DNA of 64,000 bases from Felis catus (lineage: Eukaryota). Below the pieces are notes generated by a model. The model searched no databases and was not told the DNA's origin. It worked only from the letters and a program-made list of their open reading frames with translations. The translations under genes were made by a program, and so were the position numbers. Of this stretch, positions 36,543 to 49,379 are shown piece by piece; position 1 is the first letter of the stretch, and each line of letters opens with the position of its first letter. Where the stretch lies: contig NC_058382.1 in assembly GCF_018350175.1 (NCBI RefSeq), positions 58,096,001 to 58,160,000 of the forward strand, read 5' to 3'.

Positions 36543-37599
36543 ACACGGTCGCTTTTAGCACACGCTTCCAGAGCACGGGTATCTGTATGTTACACGCACG
36601 TATGTACCGCTGTCCCAACAGCCTGGGGGCCTTAGAAAACTGACCCCAGAGGAGGAGTTCAGAAAGGATTCAGACGTTCGTTCAAAGAACCGTCCCTCCC
36701 GGAACTCCACGCTCCCTAGCCTCGCCGTCGATACCAGTGCTCCGCCGCTGAGACGTCGGGCCAGACGACGGGGGCCGTCCAGCGTTTCTCACACGTTTAG
36801 GTCTGCAACCCCCAATGCGACGTTTAGGTTTTGTATCGCGACCCGGGCCCCGCGTGCTCAAATGCATCCTTGACACAATGGGTAACGGACTGTGGGTTTT
36901 CCGCGGAAAAAACGTCTTAGCCCGTTCGCACAGGCCGGCTTCACGGCCTCTCCACGGGTCTCCACTTGGCAATCTGGCAACAGAGGTGCGTGGGCTGGTG
37001 CCACGGGGCTTCGGGGAAGGGACAAGGTGTTGTGCATGAGATACGAATAGGTATGAGTAGACTGAGGCTTGGGAGTCTCGTCTCCCCCACCGTCCGGAAT
37101 CCCGAAAGGGGAGGTGGGTCCTCCTCGGGTGCACACGACATCAGGCGCTTGGAAACTGTGGAGTAAGACCGTAGCGATGAGTGAGCGAATGAATGAACCG
37201 ATGAACCCATGGTGGAGCCAGCAGGTGCCCAAGGTGCCCTGGAGGTGAGCCGGCACAGGCAGGGGCGGGGACCCCTGCGCCTGGGTGTCCAGCCCAGCCT
37301 CCCCGGCCCTGCTCCCCGCCCCACCCCGGGCTGAGGCCCACGGCCAGCCCCCACCCCACCCCCCGCCGCCCCTCCCCATCTCCCCCGCCAGCCACAGTCC
37401 CAGTCCCCAGCACACCCTCCCCCGGCAGGCGGCCTCCGTCGACCCCCGTCCCTGGGATCTGCTGTTTGAGAGAAGATTCGCTCCCTCTGCTGTTGGCGGA
37501 CCCGCAGCAGAGCCGGGGAGAGTCGGAGGCAAGGCCCCCATTGGCCTCCGGAACTTAACGGCTTGTTCCCCTGTCCTGAAGGTGCTTTGCTGCCAGCCT

Positions 37600-38180
37600 G
37601 GCACTGACAGTTTTATTGGCAGGCGGGCCTGCTAGAAGGATTGTAGGCTATTTACAGTGTTGAGGCCATGGCTTTGCGAGGAGACAGTTAACATAAATTC
37701 ACATGATGGATCCGTTATCACGTCATTGAACTTGTGGCGGACCCATCGAAGGCCAAGCAATAACACACTGTTTCCTGGGTTTGCACAGCCCTGGGATACA
37801 TTAAATACACTTTATTTATGGCTCACCACCGCTGCACTGTGGGCAGGAGAATGCAGCTTTTGCAACTACCGTCTAATTTTATGATGAGCATTAAAGCCGG
37901 GCCTATAATTTGCACCTTTTTATTCATTAGACAGTGGTGCAGCCATAAGTCAGAAAGGCCCAGGGGTTTAGATGCAGATCCAGAAGATAAACTATTGACA
38001 AGCCAGATGTATTTTTACATTAGAGCGCCTTTACAATAGTTTATGTGGAGAGTGGAATATAAATTGCGTTATTAAATATGAACCACTCTTGCAGCCAGTG
38101 CTTGTGAGTAGAAGGAGGGAGGGGGCTCGGAGCCCGGCGCTGGGAGGGGCCGCCTAATTTCTCAAGGTTGAACGTGTAAT
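37600..38180. promoter_or_regulatory. Candidate conserved non-coding element / enhancer
   Basis: Long unique AT-rich island in GC-rich background. TGACAG+TTTTATTGG (37605-37619), TGATGGAT (37704-37711) and several TTTAT(G) motifs. Confidence 0.6.
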
Positions 38181-40334
38181 TCTGCTCCGTGGGGTGGTTC
38201 CCCCCCCCCCTTCGGACCCCACGTGGGAGCAAACGGCGTGATGGGCCGGGCTGACCCGCTTCTGAGCAGGCGGAAGTCGGGGTTCTGCTTTCCCCCCGGC
38301 TCCTTCCGGGGAGGGGGGCTCAGCTGCCGGGCCAGGAGGGCCTGTGCCCTCGGGAGGGACCGCGGGCTGACGGCGGGGATGGGTGCCGCCTTGCTGACCG
38401 GACGCACGGTGCTCCTCTGATTCGTACCGGACGTTCCAGAAGCCGGTGGCATTCCTTGCCAGGAGTCTGGCGGGAATTTGAGGGCTTAGGCAAGTCCCTG
38501 GGTTCCTGGTCCTGGACCGGCTTGGCGGCCCCAGAACTTGCCTGTCGCCTAGGGCTCCTCAACCCTGCTGCTGTTGACTTGTGGGGCTGGGTCATCCTCC
38601 GAGGGAGCCGTCCTGTGAGCTGTGGGATGTCAAGCGGGGCCCCCCACTCGGAGCCACTAGCCCCCACGCCCCCAGCAGCCGCATCCCTGTCCCCCACCGT
38701 CTCCTGGGAGCGAAGCAGCCCAGCCACCGATAGATCCCGTCGGGTGGCTCAACTTAGTGTCACCAGACCCAGGTTCACGCTGCCTCTCGCCACCGTCACC
38801 AATGTGACTTTGGCTTTCTTGGCCTTTGTGTCCTCACCTACAAAAGCACGGGGTCAGAGTACATACGGGGTTTCTGGCTTCCCGGGCGCTAAGTTCCGCT
38901 CGTTCTAGAAGGACTGGCACAGGTGTGTGGGGACGGCTGCAGGACTCCCACCTTGACTGCTGGCCCCAGCGTCTCCGTGAGTGGGTTCGCCAGCTCTGTT
39001 CCCCCTGGGGAGGCCTTGGCCACATGTGGTCACATGCTCAGGTGGCATCCCTAGGAGGCCGATCCTGAGTCCAGCGGGGCTGGGTAGGGCTCAAGGCCCT
39101 GATATTCCTAAGGTTCCATGGGGCTTGATTGGGGTTCTCAAAATTTAGCGTCATCAGCACCCCCTGAAAGGTGGGTTGAAATCCGTATTGCCGGGCCCCA
39201 GCCCGGCCTTTCTGACTGTGTGGGTCGGGGGCGGCCACAGAGAGAATCCGTGGACCAGAGGAAGCCACGGTGGGGGCAGGGCTGCTATAAACGGGCCGAG
39301 CAGGAATCTGTCTGTTGGGCTGTGTGAAGCGGGTTAACCGCCTGGGTGTGGTCTCCACGAGTGGAAGCTGCGAGACTCGGGGCCCCAGGGCTGTGCCAGG
39401 CTGCCCCTGACCCCCGGCTCCTTCAGAGGCAGACCACACGGCTTGCTCACCGCCTTTCCCTGCACACTGGTCCCCTCACCTCCGCTCCGTTGCCCGTGGT
39501 GGACTGCCGGTCTCCCTTCTGGCCCCCCGTGCAGATCGGCACTTAGCACAAGCCCCGCCTCCTCCAGGAAGCCCATCGTGACTGCTGGAAACTGCCCGCA
39601 CAGACAGGCCACCGCCGTCTGGGGGGGGGGGGTGTTGGGGACAGTTACCCCTGAGAGGATGGGGTGCAGAGCTGAAGGGACGGACAGCCTCCGCGTCGTC
39701 CCTTCCAGGCCGCTGCCCCAAGATCCGCTGGGGCAGTGGGGAGAAGAGACTGGGGTGGGCCAGGACAGCAGCGGGGGACCGGAGCAAGACCCGGCCGTTT
39801 GCGGGGCCAGGGTTGTCGCTTGGGAGGGAGTGGCCGGAATCCGGCTACCTTTGGACTGTAGCGTTGTTGGGACTTGGGGGCAGGTCAGAGGGGGACACGA
39901 GAGGAAGAGGGGAGCAGCGGTCCTGCAGGTTTTGACTTGAGGCCCTGGAGGGGCAGTGTTGCCAGAAGGAGTGCTCTGGGGAGAAGGAGAGGAGCCCCTT
40001 CCTGGCCACGGTAAGAGATTCTGCTAGACGCTCAAGTACAGATCCAGTTGGCAGTCGCGTTAGAGTCTGGCGCTCCGAACGTGGGTGTTCTCCCCACACA
40101 GATGGCGCATGAAGCTGGGAGGCCGGGTGGGGGGGACACCTGGCAGTGAGCGGCGGACGGGGAGCACGGAGCCCCGGGGAGAGCTGGCCCGGGCACTGCA
40201 GCGAGGGCGCCCTGCCCTGGGGACAGCTCTCACCGTGGAGGGCGCGTGGACGTCAGCAGACGCTCCAGACTTTAGCAAGGGACCGTCTCTCCCTCGCCTG
40301 TGCGCCGCGCTCCTCGGCCTCGAAGGCCTGCTGT

Positions 40335-40480
40335 GGTCGCCCCAGGGGACTCTGAAACCCCTCTGGTGCCCAGGCCCTACCCCAGAAGTCCTGACAGACG
40401 GGGTCCGCGTGGGGGTCATGCAGGGGGAGTTTTGAGAAGCCCCGAGGGACTGGGGTGTGCAGCCAGGGCTGAGAACCCCC
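40335..40480. mobile_element. MER5A-like DNA transposon fragment
   Basis: gtgcccaggccctacccc...tgtgcagccagggctgagaacc. Confidence 0.6.
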
Positions 40481-40592
40481 ACTCCGGGAGCGCCCGAGTC
40501 GTGGGGCGCCGGCGGGGATGGTCGTGGCTGGGAAGGCGCCTGTGAGACCCCGCTGGGACTCTTTGGTCCCTCCTTCTGCTGGTAGTTGTCAT

Positions 40593-41140
40593 TGTCACGG
40601 GTCTGGGAAGTGCCCGGCGACGTTCCTCGACTGGAGCCTCAGAACTCTCTTTCATTTTTGTTTTTAAAAATTTTTTTTAACGTTTATTTATTTTTGAGAC
40701 CGAGAGATAGAGCATGAACGGGGGAAGGTCAGAGAGAGAGGGAGACACAGAATCAGAAACAGGCCCCAGGATCCAAGCTGTCAGCACAGAGCCCGACGCG
40801 GGGCTCGAACTCACAAACCGCGAGATCATGACCTGAGCCGAAGTCGGACGCTCACCCAACTGAGCCCCCCAGGCGCCCCTCAGAACTCTCTGTGGAAATA
40901 GCATCTTTGCAGACGCAGTTAGTTTAGATGAGGTTATACTGGATAAGGGGGGTGGGGCTTAAATCCGACACTGGGGTCCCTCTAAGAAGGCCCCGTGAAG
41001 TGGCCAAGGGTGCGGGCAGCCCCCCGAGAGTGGAAGAAGCAGGGGGATCCTCCTAGAGCCTTAAGAGGGTGTGGCCCTGCCCATGCTTTGATCTGGGACT
41101 CGGGGCTCCCAGACTTGGGGGAGAATGCCTCTAGGGCGGC
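40593..41140 (+). mobile_element. MLT1B-like LTR interrupted by a Can-SINE
   Basis: tggaaatagcatctttgcaga...agatgaggttatactggat...ctcctagagcct...gtgtggccctgcc...tttgatctgggact. Confidence 0.75.
40651..40879 (-). mobile_element. Feline Can-SINE
   Basis: TSD tcagaactctct at 40639-40650 and 40880-40891. Confidence 0.96.
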
Positions 41141-41478
41141 CACCAGGCTCTCACACGGGGCCAGGCAGGGTCTGATCCTCACCCGTTTTATCGTCCCCCT
41201 CCGTTTACCTCAGAGGAAACCAGGGAGCGCGCACGGCACGGCCATGAGTGCCAGGCTGTCCCGAGACTGTGACCGTGCACCTGTGCTCTTTGGCCCCACC
41301 CAGTCCTGCTGGCTGTGTCTGGCCGCTGGGACCCCCGTGATGGGGCACCCGCCCGTCACCCGTGGCCCTGCCGAGGCTGGGGATTAACGATGCTCACCTG
41401 TGCGCTGCTCCCAGAGGCTGAGGGGGGGGTTAGGGCCACCTCCAGGGCCCCCCGGAGAGCGTGGGAGGCCCCTCGAGC

Positions 41479-41511
41479 GGCAGTGTTGTGATCCTCCACC
41501 AGGGGGCGCCA
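41479..41511 (+). promoter_or_regulatory. Predicted CTCF binding site with upstream (ZF9-11) motif
   Basis: Core CCACCAGGGGGCGC at 41496-41509 preceded by GGCAGTGTT at 41479-41487. Confidence 0.7.
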
Positions 41512-44500
41512 CTCGGGCCCATAAGCCGCGCCCCCCTCCCCCGCCGTGCTCCCGCCGTGTGCCTCCCCTGCTGCCTGGTGCCCTGCCGGTCCAGTCATGT
41601 CTCCTGACGCTCTGGGCCTCAGTTTCCTCTTCGGCCAAACAGGCAGAATCACAGTACGTACTCAAGGGCCCTCGGGAGGCTTACACTTAACGTTTAGGGA
41701 GCACCCGGCAGGCACTGAGCGTGGGAGCGTTTGGGAAATACACCCCGGAAGGAGAGCTGGGCAGGTGGGGGGTGCAGGCGGGGCCCCGGCCTCTCATGGA
41801 CCAGGTTTCCCAGCCTTCTGGGCCCAGGACAGGGGCTCTGAGGGCTGTCTCTGGCCTTGGCCCCGGATCATGGTTGGATGGGGACCCGGGGCGTTCACCA
41901 GGTGCCTGCTCTCCACGGAGCACCCCAATTCTCCTGTCCCTCCGGCCCTGGATGATACACCCCACAAAGGAGCACAGCGAGTAGGGCGCCGACTCCCCCC
42001 TCATTCAGCGCGGAGTAGGCCAAAGCACAGAGAGGGGCGGGGCCTGCCCGAGGATGCACAGCCGGCTGGGGTCCCGAGGCCACCAGACCCGGAAGGGCTC
42101 ACTCCGTCGTGTCTCATTTCATCCTTGCCGCAGCAGCCCACCACCCGGGGGCGTGCGATCGCCCCGCCGTGCGGCCGTGACCCTGAGGCCCGAGGAAGCT
42201 CACGGGCCCAGGGCTTGGAGGACGTAGAGCTGGGTAAACCAGCGGCCCCGGCGAGCTCGTCACTGACGCATTCAGGACCGTTGGGCGGCTACTTCCTGAC
42301 CACAGAGGCTCCTTCCTTCTGAGGAGGCGGGTTTCCTGAACCATCTGGCCCTCTTTCTGCAAAGCTGTCCTCGTGCATGGCCTCCGCGTGTGCACCTGTG
42401 CCCGCCCGGGGGGTAACAGCTCGAGTATCGCTTTTTATACCGCCTGCTTCCCCAGAGGCGGCGGGAGAGGTCGGCTGTATTTCTGTGCTTCACGTTTCCT
42501 TTGAGCTCCCCCCCCCCCACCCCGGGGGGGGCCCTGACTCAAGAGTTTTCTTCCCCAAAGAACCAACAGCGGTGGGCATTCACTGAAGGCTTCCCCGGGA
42601 CGGGCCTCTTCCCCGTCTTCCTTCCACGTTCAGTCCACACCGCACCCCCCACGAAGTCGGCACTTTTAACGTCCTTGCTGGATACCTCCGGGGGGCACCC
42701 TTCCTGGCATGGTCCTGGTGAATGCGCAGAACTGACCGTTCCTTTGTGTGGGGATAAGCCAGTGTGGGAAGCCGGGTCTGGACCCGTCTGGGGACCCGAG
42801 TCCCCGGCGGTGCCCCCCCCCCACCTCCCCACCCCCTGGCTGGGTCTCAGGCCCGGCTCACCCGCCGCAGCCCCCCGCCACCCCTGTCTGGGGCTGTGAT
42901 GCAGCCGAAGCTTCTTCTAATGGGTTAAGTGACTTTGCTCCAGACACAGTCCCGTTTACATTATCGGCATGAATAAGAAATGAAAAATCTTCAGGGGTGA
43001 CCGTCAGCTCCTCCTGTGCGTGGCTCCCAGCAGCTCTGACAGTGAGAGGCTCGGAGGAGAAGGGGCCACTGAATGAGGGATGTCAGCTTGCTCCCAGGGC
43101 GGCCCAGCAGGTGGGGGACACCTGCAGGGAGCAAGGAGGAAGGAGAGGCCGGGAGGCAGGGAGGGGGCGTGCGGGGAAGAGCACTGGGCCGGGAGTCCGG
43201 GCCCATGGCACAGATGCTCATCAAACAGCCGCTCTGTGCCTGATGCCGTTCTGGCCCCCCAAAATTTTTCTTACGAGAGGACCTTGCCCTCACAGACGGG
43301 CATGACCAGGAAATAAACGTGTGCACAAAGTGATCCATGATCCAGGCAGAGTGTGTGATGAGGTCTTTGGAAATCGTTAAGGCCAGGGGAGGGCAGGAAA
43401 GGGACACGTGGAGCTGAAGTTGCAGGAGGTGACATTCCAGCCTGAAGCTGGTGAGGAAGCAGAGGGCACGGTAGGTGCAAAGGCCCTGAGGCGGGCAGTG
43501 AGGAGAGGGGTGGGTGAGGCCGTGAAGCAGCCGGGACGGGTGCTTGGAGGCCCCTCAGGGCTTGGGCCTCTTTCTGAGCGGAGCTGGAAGGGGGCTTTCA
43601 GGTGCCCCGTGGACGGAGCACTGTCGCCCCGGGGTTGGACTCGGTGGGCCCTGGCAGGCAGGCTTTGGGGGAGCAGCTGCTGGAGCCCGCTGGCTGTTCA
43701 TTAACCAGGCCTGGCCGCTCTGGGCTCCAGCGGGGCAGGGCACGGCACCCTGCTCCCCCACCGGCTGCTTTATCTTGGCAACAGATTGCACAAACCCCAC
43801 AGCTAATATTGAACTTGCCTGGATTTTAAAGAGCAGCTGTAAACAGCACCGCTCCCGGCCCCCGGCCCTCTGATCCCTGCCTGCGGAGGGCAGGGTGTAG
43901 CTGGCCCCAGGCCCCGCCTGGGCAAACACTGCAGAGGGCAAGGAGGGTAGAGCCGGTTCCGCGGGAACTAGAATCGGATCCTCTGACCTGCCCCCCTGAA
44001 GAGTGAAGATGTTCCTTTGGGCGGGAAGTGGCCGGAGGGACTCCTGTCTGCAGAGAGAGGCAAAGGTCCCAGACAGGCTGGGGAGCCATTTCCGGCCCTG
44101 CGTGGGCATCCTGCCCGAGCAGCAGCAGCAAAGCCAGGCCTCTGCCCTCCCCCGTGCCCGCTCCCATAGGCCAGCTCTAGCCTCAAGCCCCCTGGGGACG
44201 CCCAGCCGGCCCCCACCCCTGCGCGGGGCTCCAGGCCTGGGCCCCCGTTTCTGGGCTGTGGTCACCTCCTGCTGTACCTGAGAGCCCCGGGGGGGGAACT
44301 TCAGGGCCCAGCCTACGGGGCTCCCGTCCCGTCAGTCCAGGGGGGCCTGGCCTCGCACACGCTCACGGGGCACTGCTGCGTCCTGGACAGTGAATCCCGA
44401 CGGGCCAGGGGTTGAGAGGACTCGTGGGCAAAGGAGAGAGTGAATCAGGGCAGGGGGGCAGGGCGCCGGGAGGGGCCGGGCGGCCCCCGTGCTCCGCCAA

Positions 44501-46518
44501 GCCACCGCGGCTGTGGGAGAGTGGGCACCCGTCTGTCTGTCCGCTCGCCGTCCCCACCCCTGCTGCTGCTGCATGCAGAGCTCTCCCCAGGTGCCTGGCC
44601 CCAGGTCATCGCGTGTCTCGAGGGGGCCCCTCTGAGCCCCTGGCCGGTGTCCGTCCCGGCATCCGCTGCCCACAGACGGGGGCTGAGCTGAGGACACCTC
44701 CAGAGGTGGCGCGTCCTGCCCTGATCGCTGTCCAGGCCGAGCCCCTAGTGAGACCCGAGCCCCCACTCCCCAGGGCTCTGCAGGCCACACACCAGCCTGC
44801 TGTTTGGAGCTGTTGTCTACTCACGCGGAGAATGTTCTGGAGTCTCTTGAAGGAGACCGAAAGGCAGCTCTGGTCTCCCCAGCAACAACGACCCCGTGTG
44901 TCCCTTCACTCATTCATTTGTTCGCTTCCTCGGTCGGTCCCTCGGGACCGTCTTCGGCTTCCCTGCGTGTTCTCAGCACCGGGGCAGGAAGTGGGCCTCA
45001 GCCCCCCTGCCCCTCGCAGAGGCGGGGGCCACGTGTCCCTGTCGGAAGCCGACGCTTGAGATGCAGTGTCAGGGCTGATGTTCGAGGCACTTCCCCTGTT
45101 CTACCCGTGGCCCGCCTTCCGTTAGGGGACCGGGGGTTTCCTGGAGAGAGGCCGGGCCTTCTGGAAGCCGCTGGCCTGGGCCTGGGCCTGGGCCATGGGA
45201 CCGGACTGTGTCGACATTGTAAGCGCTGGCCCAGCCGGACTCGTTGGTACAAGCCACACGTTGACCCTCCAGCCAGTGGGATCCGCCCGCGTCACGCGGC
45301 CTGGTCCTCGCCCGCCTCTGGCCTCCGGGGTTGGGGGCGCCCACCCACCCACCCACCCGCCAGCCGCCGTCCCTCTCCCTTCCCTCCCAGCCCTCCAGGA
45401 TCTCGCTTAAATACTTTAAAACAATCTAAAAGTAATTATCACGAACAGGCTGCTTGGGAACACCTGCTCCATCCGTCCCTCGGAATCACTAATGTGCCCG
45501 CGCTGAGCGCTGACAGGCATCGGGCTCCCCGCGCGTCCCGAGTCGCCAGATGCTCCCGCGCCACGGCGCCCCCCTCGCCCCCCGCCACGTGGCACGGCGA
45601 GGGCCGCCCAGGCCCGTGTTCCTAGCACAGCTGTCACAGCGATCAGTAGGAAAATCATCACCCCACGAAGTCATACATATGGAACATCATATTTGCAGAA
45701 TATTTATTTTAACATGTGTCAGGGCCTCCTCGGGTTGCAGGCAGAGGCTGTCCCGCACGTACGGGCGGCTGCAGCTTTCCTTTCATCCCAGAAGGCAGCG
45801 GGGCGGGCAGAGGGCCAGGCTGGCGGCGGAGGCAGGGGGGCGGGGCTGTGCACCCAGGGCTCCGGTCGGCCCTCCCTCGGTGCTCGGGCGCGGGGGGCTT
45901 GGCGGTGCCCCGTGTCCCTGCCTGCCCCTGTGCGGTCACAGCTGTCGCACAGCTGCCCGTGCCGTGCCGTCCCAGCCGGGGGCCCGAGGATGGGAACCGC
46001 GTGAGGTATTTCAACAGGAAGGAGCTAACACGGGCCGCGGGTGGAACGGGCGCCAGGGGACGGACCGAAAAAGCAAAGGGAGGACACACAGGTCCACCCC
46101 CGGGGGCCAGGTTGCTAGAAGCCAGGAGCTTGGCACAGGAGGAGCTGGGAGCCAGACCCCAGAGGAAGGGTGTTGCTGGGCTGGGGGCCGCACCCCTGCA
46201 CACCCAGGGGACACCAGCACCCGGCCCACCCTCCAAGGCCGGCCAGGCCAGCCTGCCTTCCCACCTTCCTAAAGTCACGGCAGCCCCCATTTATCAGGCT
46301 GTGCTGGACAGTCTTAACTCCCTGGCCTCCTGATGCTAGGACAGAACAGTTTTGTTCCCGAATCACGGGTGGAGAGTTCGAGGCTGAGACGCAAGTGACC
46401 CACCTTGGCCAAGAATCCACAGCAAGGATTCTTGCAGATTCCGCAGTAGGAATCTGAACTTCCTCCACTGCTCCCTCCTCGGGCTTAATATAGATAGTAT
46501 CCTATAGATACAGAGCTG

Positions 46519-46726
46519 TTTTTTTTTTTTTTAATGTTTATTTTTGTTTGAGAAAGAGAGAGAGTACGAGTGGGGGAGGGGCAGAGAGAGAGAGGAGGAC
46601 AGAGGATCCAAAGCAGGTTCTGTGCTGACAGCACAGAGCCCGACGCGGGGCTCGAACCCACAGACCGCGAGATCATGACCTGAGCCGAAGTCGGACGCTC
46701 AACCGACTGAGCCACCCGGGCGCCCC
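46519..46726 (-). mobile_element. Feline Can-SINE
   Basis: Poly-T, GA tract, gacgcggggctcgaaccc, ending gggcgcccc. Confidence 0.95.
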
Positions 46727-46858
46727 ATACTTTCTTATAAATAGGGAGACTGAGGCACGGAGAGGTGAGGTCCCCTGCCCACAGCTGCTCAGCTACTCAG
46801 TTGGCAGGCTTCAGAAGCTATACTTTCAGTCAACGCTCTCTCGGAATTTGTGGGAAAA

Positions 46859-46948
46859 GGATGGACGGAAGGAAGGATGGATGGATGGACAGGTGGATGG
46901 TTGGATGGATGGATGGATGGATGGATGGATGGATGGATGGATGGATGA
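46859..46948. repeat. (GGAT)n tetranucleotide repeat
   Basis: Direct observation. Confidence 0.9.
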
Positions 46949-47230
46949 TAGATGATGGTGGCTCTAAGATCCTCATGTTTTAGTGAGAAGGGCTTGAAGA
47001 GGAGGCCGGAGAGGGCAAGGCAGGACACAGGCATGTGCCACACATCTTGCTTTGAATCCTGACTGGAGCCTTGGTCTGCTCACCTGGGAAATGGAACCGT
47101 GAGCTTGTCTACCCCATGTGAGCCAGGACCTCCCAGGAGGAATGGGCTCGGCACGTGTCGGTTCTGTGCCCACCATGGCACACCCACGGCTCTAAGCACA
47201 CGCCGACACACGAAACACACAGACTCGAAT

Positions 47231-47281
47231 ACACACACACACACACACACAGACACACACACACACACACACACACACACC
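47231..47281. repeat. (CA)n microsatellite, interrupted
   Basis: Two CA runs separated by ga. Confidence 0.95.
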
Positions 47282-47809
47282 ATGCTGCATAACTCCCGAG
47301 AACACGTGAGGGAGCAGCAGACATCTGTGGGCACCCGTGTGCCTGCAACATACACCTGCGAGCGAACGGAACACGCGGAGCCACACGCAGGGAGACATAG
47401 CCCCGGACACGTACACCTTCCCACGACGCGTGACTCCTGCCCGGAACATGCGTCTGTCTGGGGCACCTTCAGAGAATGGCCCGTCGTGCCAGATGCCCGT
47501 GATCGTGTTGTGATGGGTGTGTGCCCAGCACACGTGCCAGTACCTGACCCTCGGAGCATAGAGAAGGCCCAGGCTGCTGCCCAGAAGCGACCTCTCCTGG
47601 ATGCCTTGTGCCCGGGGAGCCAGAGACCCTGTATTTACCCCAGGGGCTCTGGTAGCCGTGGGCGGACGGGGCGCAGCTTGTCCTTACATGTGACAAGTGT
47701 GAATGTGCTAATGAGGCACAACACCTCCCCCCTGCTTCCTCAGCAGCTTCCCATGGCTCACGTGCCACTGGGGCAAAGCCAGAGCCCTTACTCTGGTCGC
47801 CAGGCCTAG

Positions 47810-48260
47810 TGTGACCTGTGCCACAACCCTCAACCCCACTGCTTCCCTGTCCTCATTCCCTCCCGCACTCTGCCTTACTTGGTCTCCTGCAGCCACACTG
47901 GCCTCCTTCCTGGTCCTCAGACATGCCCCAGGGCCTTTGCACTCACTGCTTCTGCTGCCTTGAGCCCTCGTCCCACTCACACGCATCTGCATGATCCCTG
48001 GCCTCCTCCCTTCCTTTTTATAAGCGCAGCCTTGGTGAGACCTCCCTCCCTCCCTCCCTCCCTCCCTCCCTCCCTCCCTCGGGCTCTCTGTTTACCTTAC
48101 CAGCTCTGTTTTTCTCCAGAGCTCTGCATCATAGCTGACACATGCACGGATGTGCGTGTTTACTTATTCCGCCTCCCCGCTGGACTTGTTCCGCCCGGGG
48201 CGTTATTCCCAGGGCCGTGCACGAGGCCGTGAACCGGGCAGGTGCACAGTAGGGGCTGTG
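47810..48260 (+). mobile_element. L2 fragment containing (CCCT)n at 48041-48079
   Basis: cagccacactggcctccttcc...gggcctttgcact...ttattcccagggcc. Confidence 0.7.
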
Positions 48261-48851
48261 CTGTGAGCGACTGTTGGCAGGTCTCATTCATTCTTCTGTC
48301 CCCTCCATGACCACATCGGGGGCTTAGCCTGAGCCCGGCTCTGGGCCAGCTGTGCAGCAGGATCGTAACAGCGTCTAGCACTTTCCAAGCCCTCTCAGAG
48401 GACCCGGTGCTGGGCCGAGAGCTTCAGTGTTCACTCCCTGAATCTCCACAACCTTGTGGAGCACGAAGCCCGTTTCGCAGATGGGAAAACAAGCACAGAC
48501 ATACACCGAGGGATACCGTTTAGCCCCTCGCGGTCATTTGGAGCGGTGAGGCCACGCAGATAGCGAGACGAGCCATCCTTGTCCCGACTCGGGGAGTGCC
48601 TCCTGTGTGGTCGTGACCCCAGTGCGGAGGAGGGGAGAGGCCCACACAGAGAGGTCAGGCAACCTGCCCAAGATCCCCCAGCCTTGGGAGGACCCGCTCA
48701 GTAGATTCCCGGAGGGAGCCTGACGGGAGGAGGGCCGAGGGAGCCCCGCCTGGTGATTCGGAGACTGAGTTCTACCACAGTGCGTCCTCGGCACCTGCAA
48801 AACCAGGCCAGGGAGGAGGTGGGTGAGCGCAGCTGGTGAGCTGGGCCCACA

Positions 48852-49254
48852 CAGTGGCTCTCAGCCCGGGCTCCCAGCCGCAGTCACCTGGGGAGCTTGA
48901 CAAAATACAGGCACCCGCCTGCCACCCCCAGAGATTCTGGCGTGACTGGCTGGGGACGCGGTGTGGGCGCGGAGATGTGGCAGGTGGCATTCACCTTACG
49001 TGTACAGTTGGAGGGACTTTTACGCACGAATACGCCTGCGTGACCTCCGCCCAGGTCACGGTCCAGAACGGTGATTCTCCGACTTCGGCGGGTGTCAGAG
49101 TCCCCCCGGGGGCTCTCCCTCGGGCACAGCTTGCTGGCCCCAGCCCCGGAGTCTCAGGTTCAGCAGGTCTGGGATGGGGCCCGAGGACCTGCATTTCCAG
49201 CAAGTTCCTAGGTAACGCTGCCCCTGCTCGGAGATGCCACGTTGAGGGCCACTG
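48852..49254. mobile_element. MER5A-like pieces with an intervening L1M fragment (~48990-49075)
   Basis: cagtggctctcagccc...tcacctggggagctt...cccccagagattct; cagcaggtctgggatggggcccgaggacctgcatttc...tgagggccactg. Confidence 0.65.
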
Positions 49255-49379
49255 ACCGACACAAGGCATTCCCAACCCCCGTCCCAGAGGGCCCTGGGCG
49301 TGAGAATGTTTAAGGGCCCCCAAAGAGATTCTCCTGTGCAGCTAAGGTTGAAACCTCTGTCTCAAGGGGCAGATTTCTT

